Shown: positions 62,677 to 64,000 of the stretch, piece after piece | How the letters are laid out: each line of letters opens with the position of its first letter | Numbering within the stretch: the first letter of the stretch is position 1 | NCBI GenBank assembly: GCA_013239625.1 | Contig: MU053504.1 | Span: 1,366,001-1,430,000 of the forward strand | Direction: 5' to 3' | DNA length: 64,000 nucleotides | Source: Lama guanicoe | Lineage: Eukaryota | Program-made: the position numbers and the translations under genes | Notes under the pieces: generated by a model | What the model was told of the DNA's origin: nothing | Database searches by the model: none | Seen by the model: only the letters and a program-made list of their open reading frames with translations

Positions 62677-62865
62677 CACTGTGCAAAAGAACTTTCTATA
62701 ATGATATAATGTTGTGTGCTGACTAATATGCTAGTCAATAGCCACATGTACCTATTGGGCACTTGAAATGTAGCTACTGTGACTAATGACTTGAATTTTA
62801 AATTTAATTTTAATTAACTCAAACTTAAATAACCCCGTGTGGCTACCTTATTGGATATCACAGCT
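62677..62865. mobile_element. MER3-like hAT MITE
   Basis: tagccacatgt..cacttgaaatgtagct..gtggctac..ttggata motifs. Confidence 0.7.
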
Positions 62866-64000
62866 CTAAGACTAAATATTTACGTGATAGGCCAGGATGA
62901 CTGTGGTACAGAAGTGGGTAGGGAAGACCCCCTCCCATGGGAGGCCCACAGCCCTCCCCCTCTGGCTCCTGTGGGCTGCAGATACTATGGGCTATGGATA
63001 CTCTCTGGCATGTAGTTGTGTCTGGTGCACAGTGGATATTGTACAGTGACACTGTTGAAATAGGTGGTGTCTGCCACCAGGCAGAGGTAAGCTCTAGTCT
63101 CCCCTGTTGTGGGCAATTAGATGCCAAGCCCTCGGTCAGACACAACCTGACAAATGCAATTTGATGAGAAGGGGTTGTGGGAGCTGCAAAGAATCAGCTC
63201 TCCTTCCTAGCCCAATGGTCAATGCAATGTTCACTGTTTTTCTCCACAGCCACAAAACAAGTTCACAGAGGCATCTGTCTCCTTCCATGCTTTTCACTAG
63301 GGTCTCTGTTTCCACACCGATGCTGCTTCTGTCTAGGGCCCATTCTGACAATTCCTCTTAGGGAACTGAGTTCCTAGAACCTCACTGCTTGGTCAGTGCT
63401 GAAGCGGGACTGAGGTTTTCCCTCTTGCCTGCAGAATGAACTGCATTTCCTTCCCCACTCTACCCCTTTCAGAGTGGGGAGCATTTGAGGGAAGGAGAAG
63501 CAGAAGGGGTTCATGAGAGATTCCCTCACGTGCCCTTGGGATCCTGTGGGCTGGGATGCCAGTCACAAGGACGAGGATCCCCCAAGTTACCCTTCCTTCA
63601 GAGCAAGGACTTATGGGAAGACATCTGGGCAGCTGAGGCCAAGCTCCCAGTCAGAGTGGCCCCCGTGCTGAGGCATGAGTGGAGCTGTGGTCAATGTCCC
63701 CAAAGGATATTGAAGGAAAGAGGGAGTGCAGACATGAGCAGACCTGGGGACTGTCAGAGGTGGAGTGGGAGGTGGCTAGTGAGTGAACTGTCTGCAATTT
63801 GATGATAAATTCTTACCCTAAAGGGCTATTCAGTGTTGAGGGACTCACACCAACCCGGACTGTCTCGCTGCCTTCGTCATATGACTTGAAACACAGTGTC
63901 ACCTCCCTCAGCTTCAGTCTCTTCATTTGTAAAATGGAGCTAACTCTGTCTGGGATGCTATAAAGTTAGGTAAGATGCATTTATGCAGGGCCAGCATAGT

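Overview
Mammalian genomic DNA with the gene order TMC2 - NOP56 - IDH3B - EBF4, as on human 20p13. Five tRNA-derived Vic-1-type SINEs suggest a camelid (inference). The window holds the last coding exon of TMC2 (+) and the complete 12-exon NOP56 gene (+, 595 aa), which hosts five intronic snoRNAs (SNORD110, SNORA51, SNORD86, SNORD56, SNORD57). It also holds the complete IDH3B gene (-, 385/383 aa via two duplicated alternative last exons), tail-to-tail with NOP56, and exons 1-6 of EBF4 (+), whose intron 6 runs off the window and is filled with antisense LINEs. A 507-N gap lies in the EBF4 CpG island. I found no convincing new system. The best leads are the known cis-acting SNORD86 autoregulatory switch, a cluster of EBF sites inside EBF4, divergent CTCF motifs around the two housekeeping genes, and an old direct repeat bracketing IDH3B exons 1-4. 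Smaller leads are NOP56 splice and snoRNA-box oddities and a weak extra C/D-box candidate. Gene, snoRNA and repeat names come from recalled homology, not database searches.
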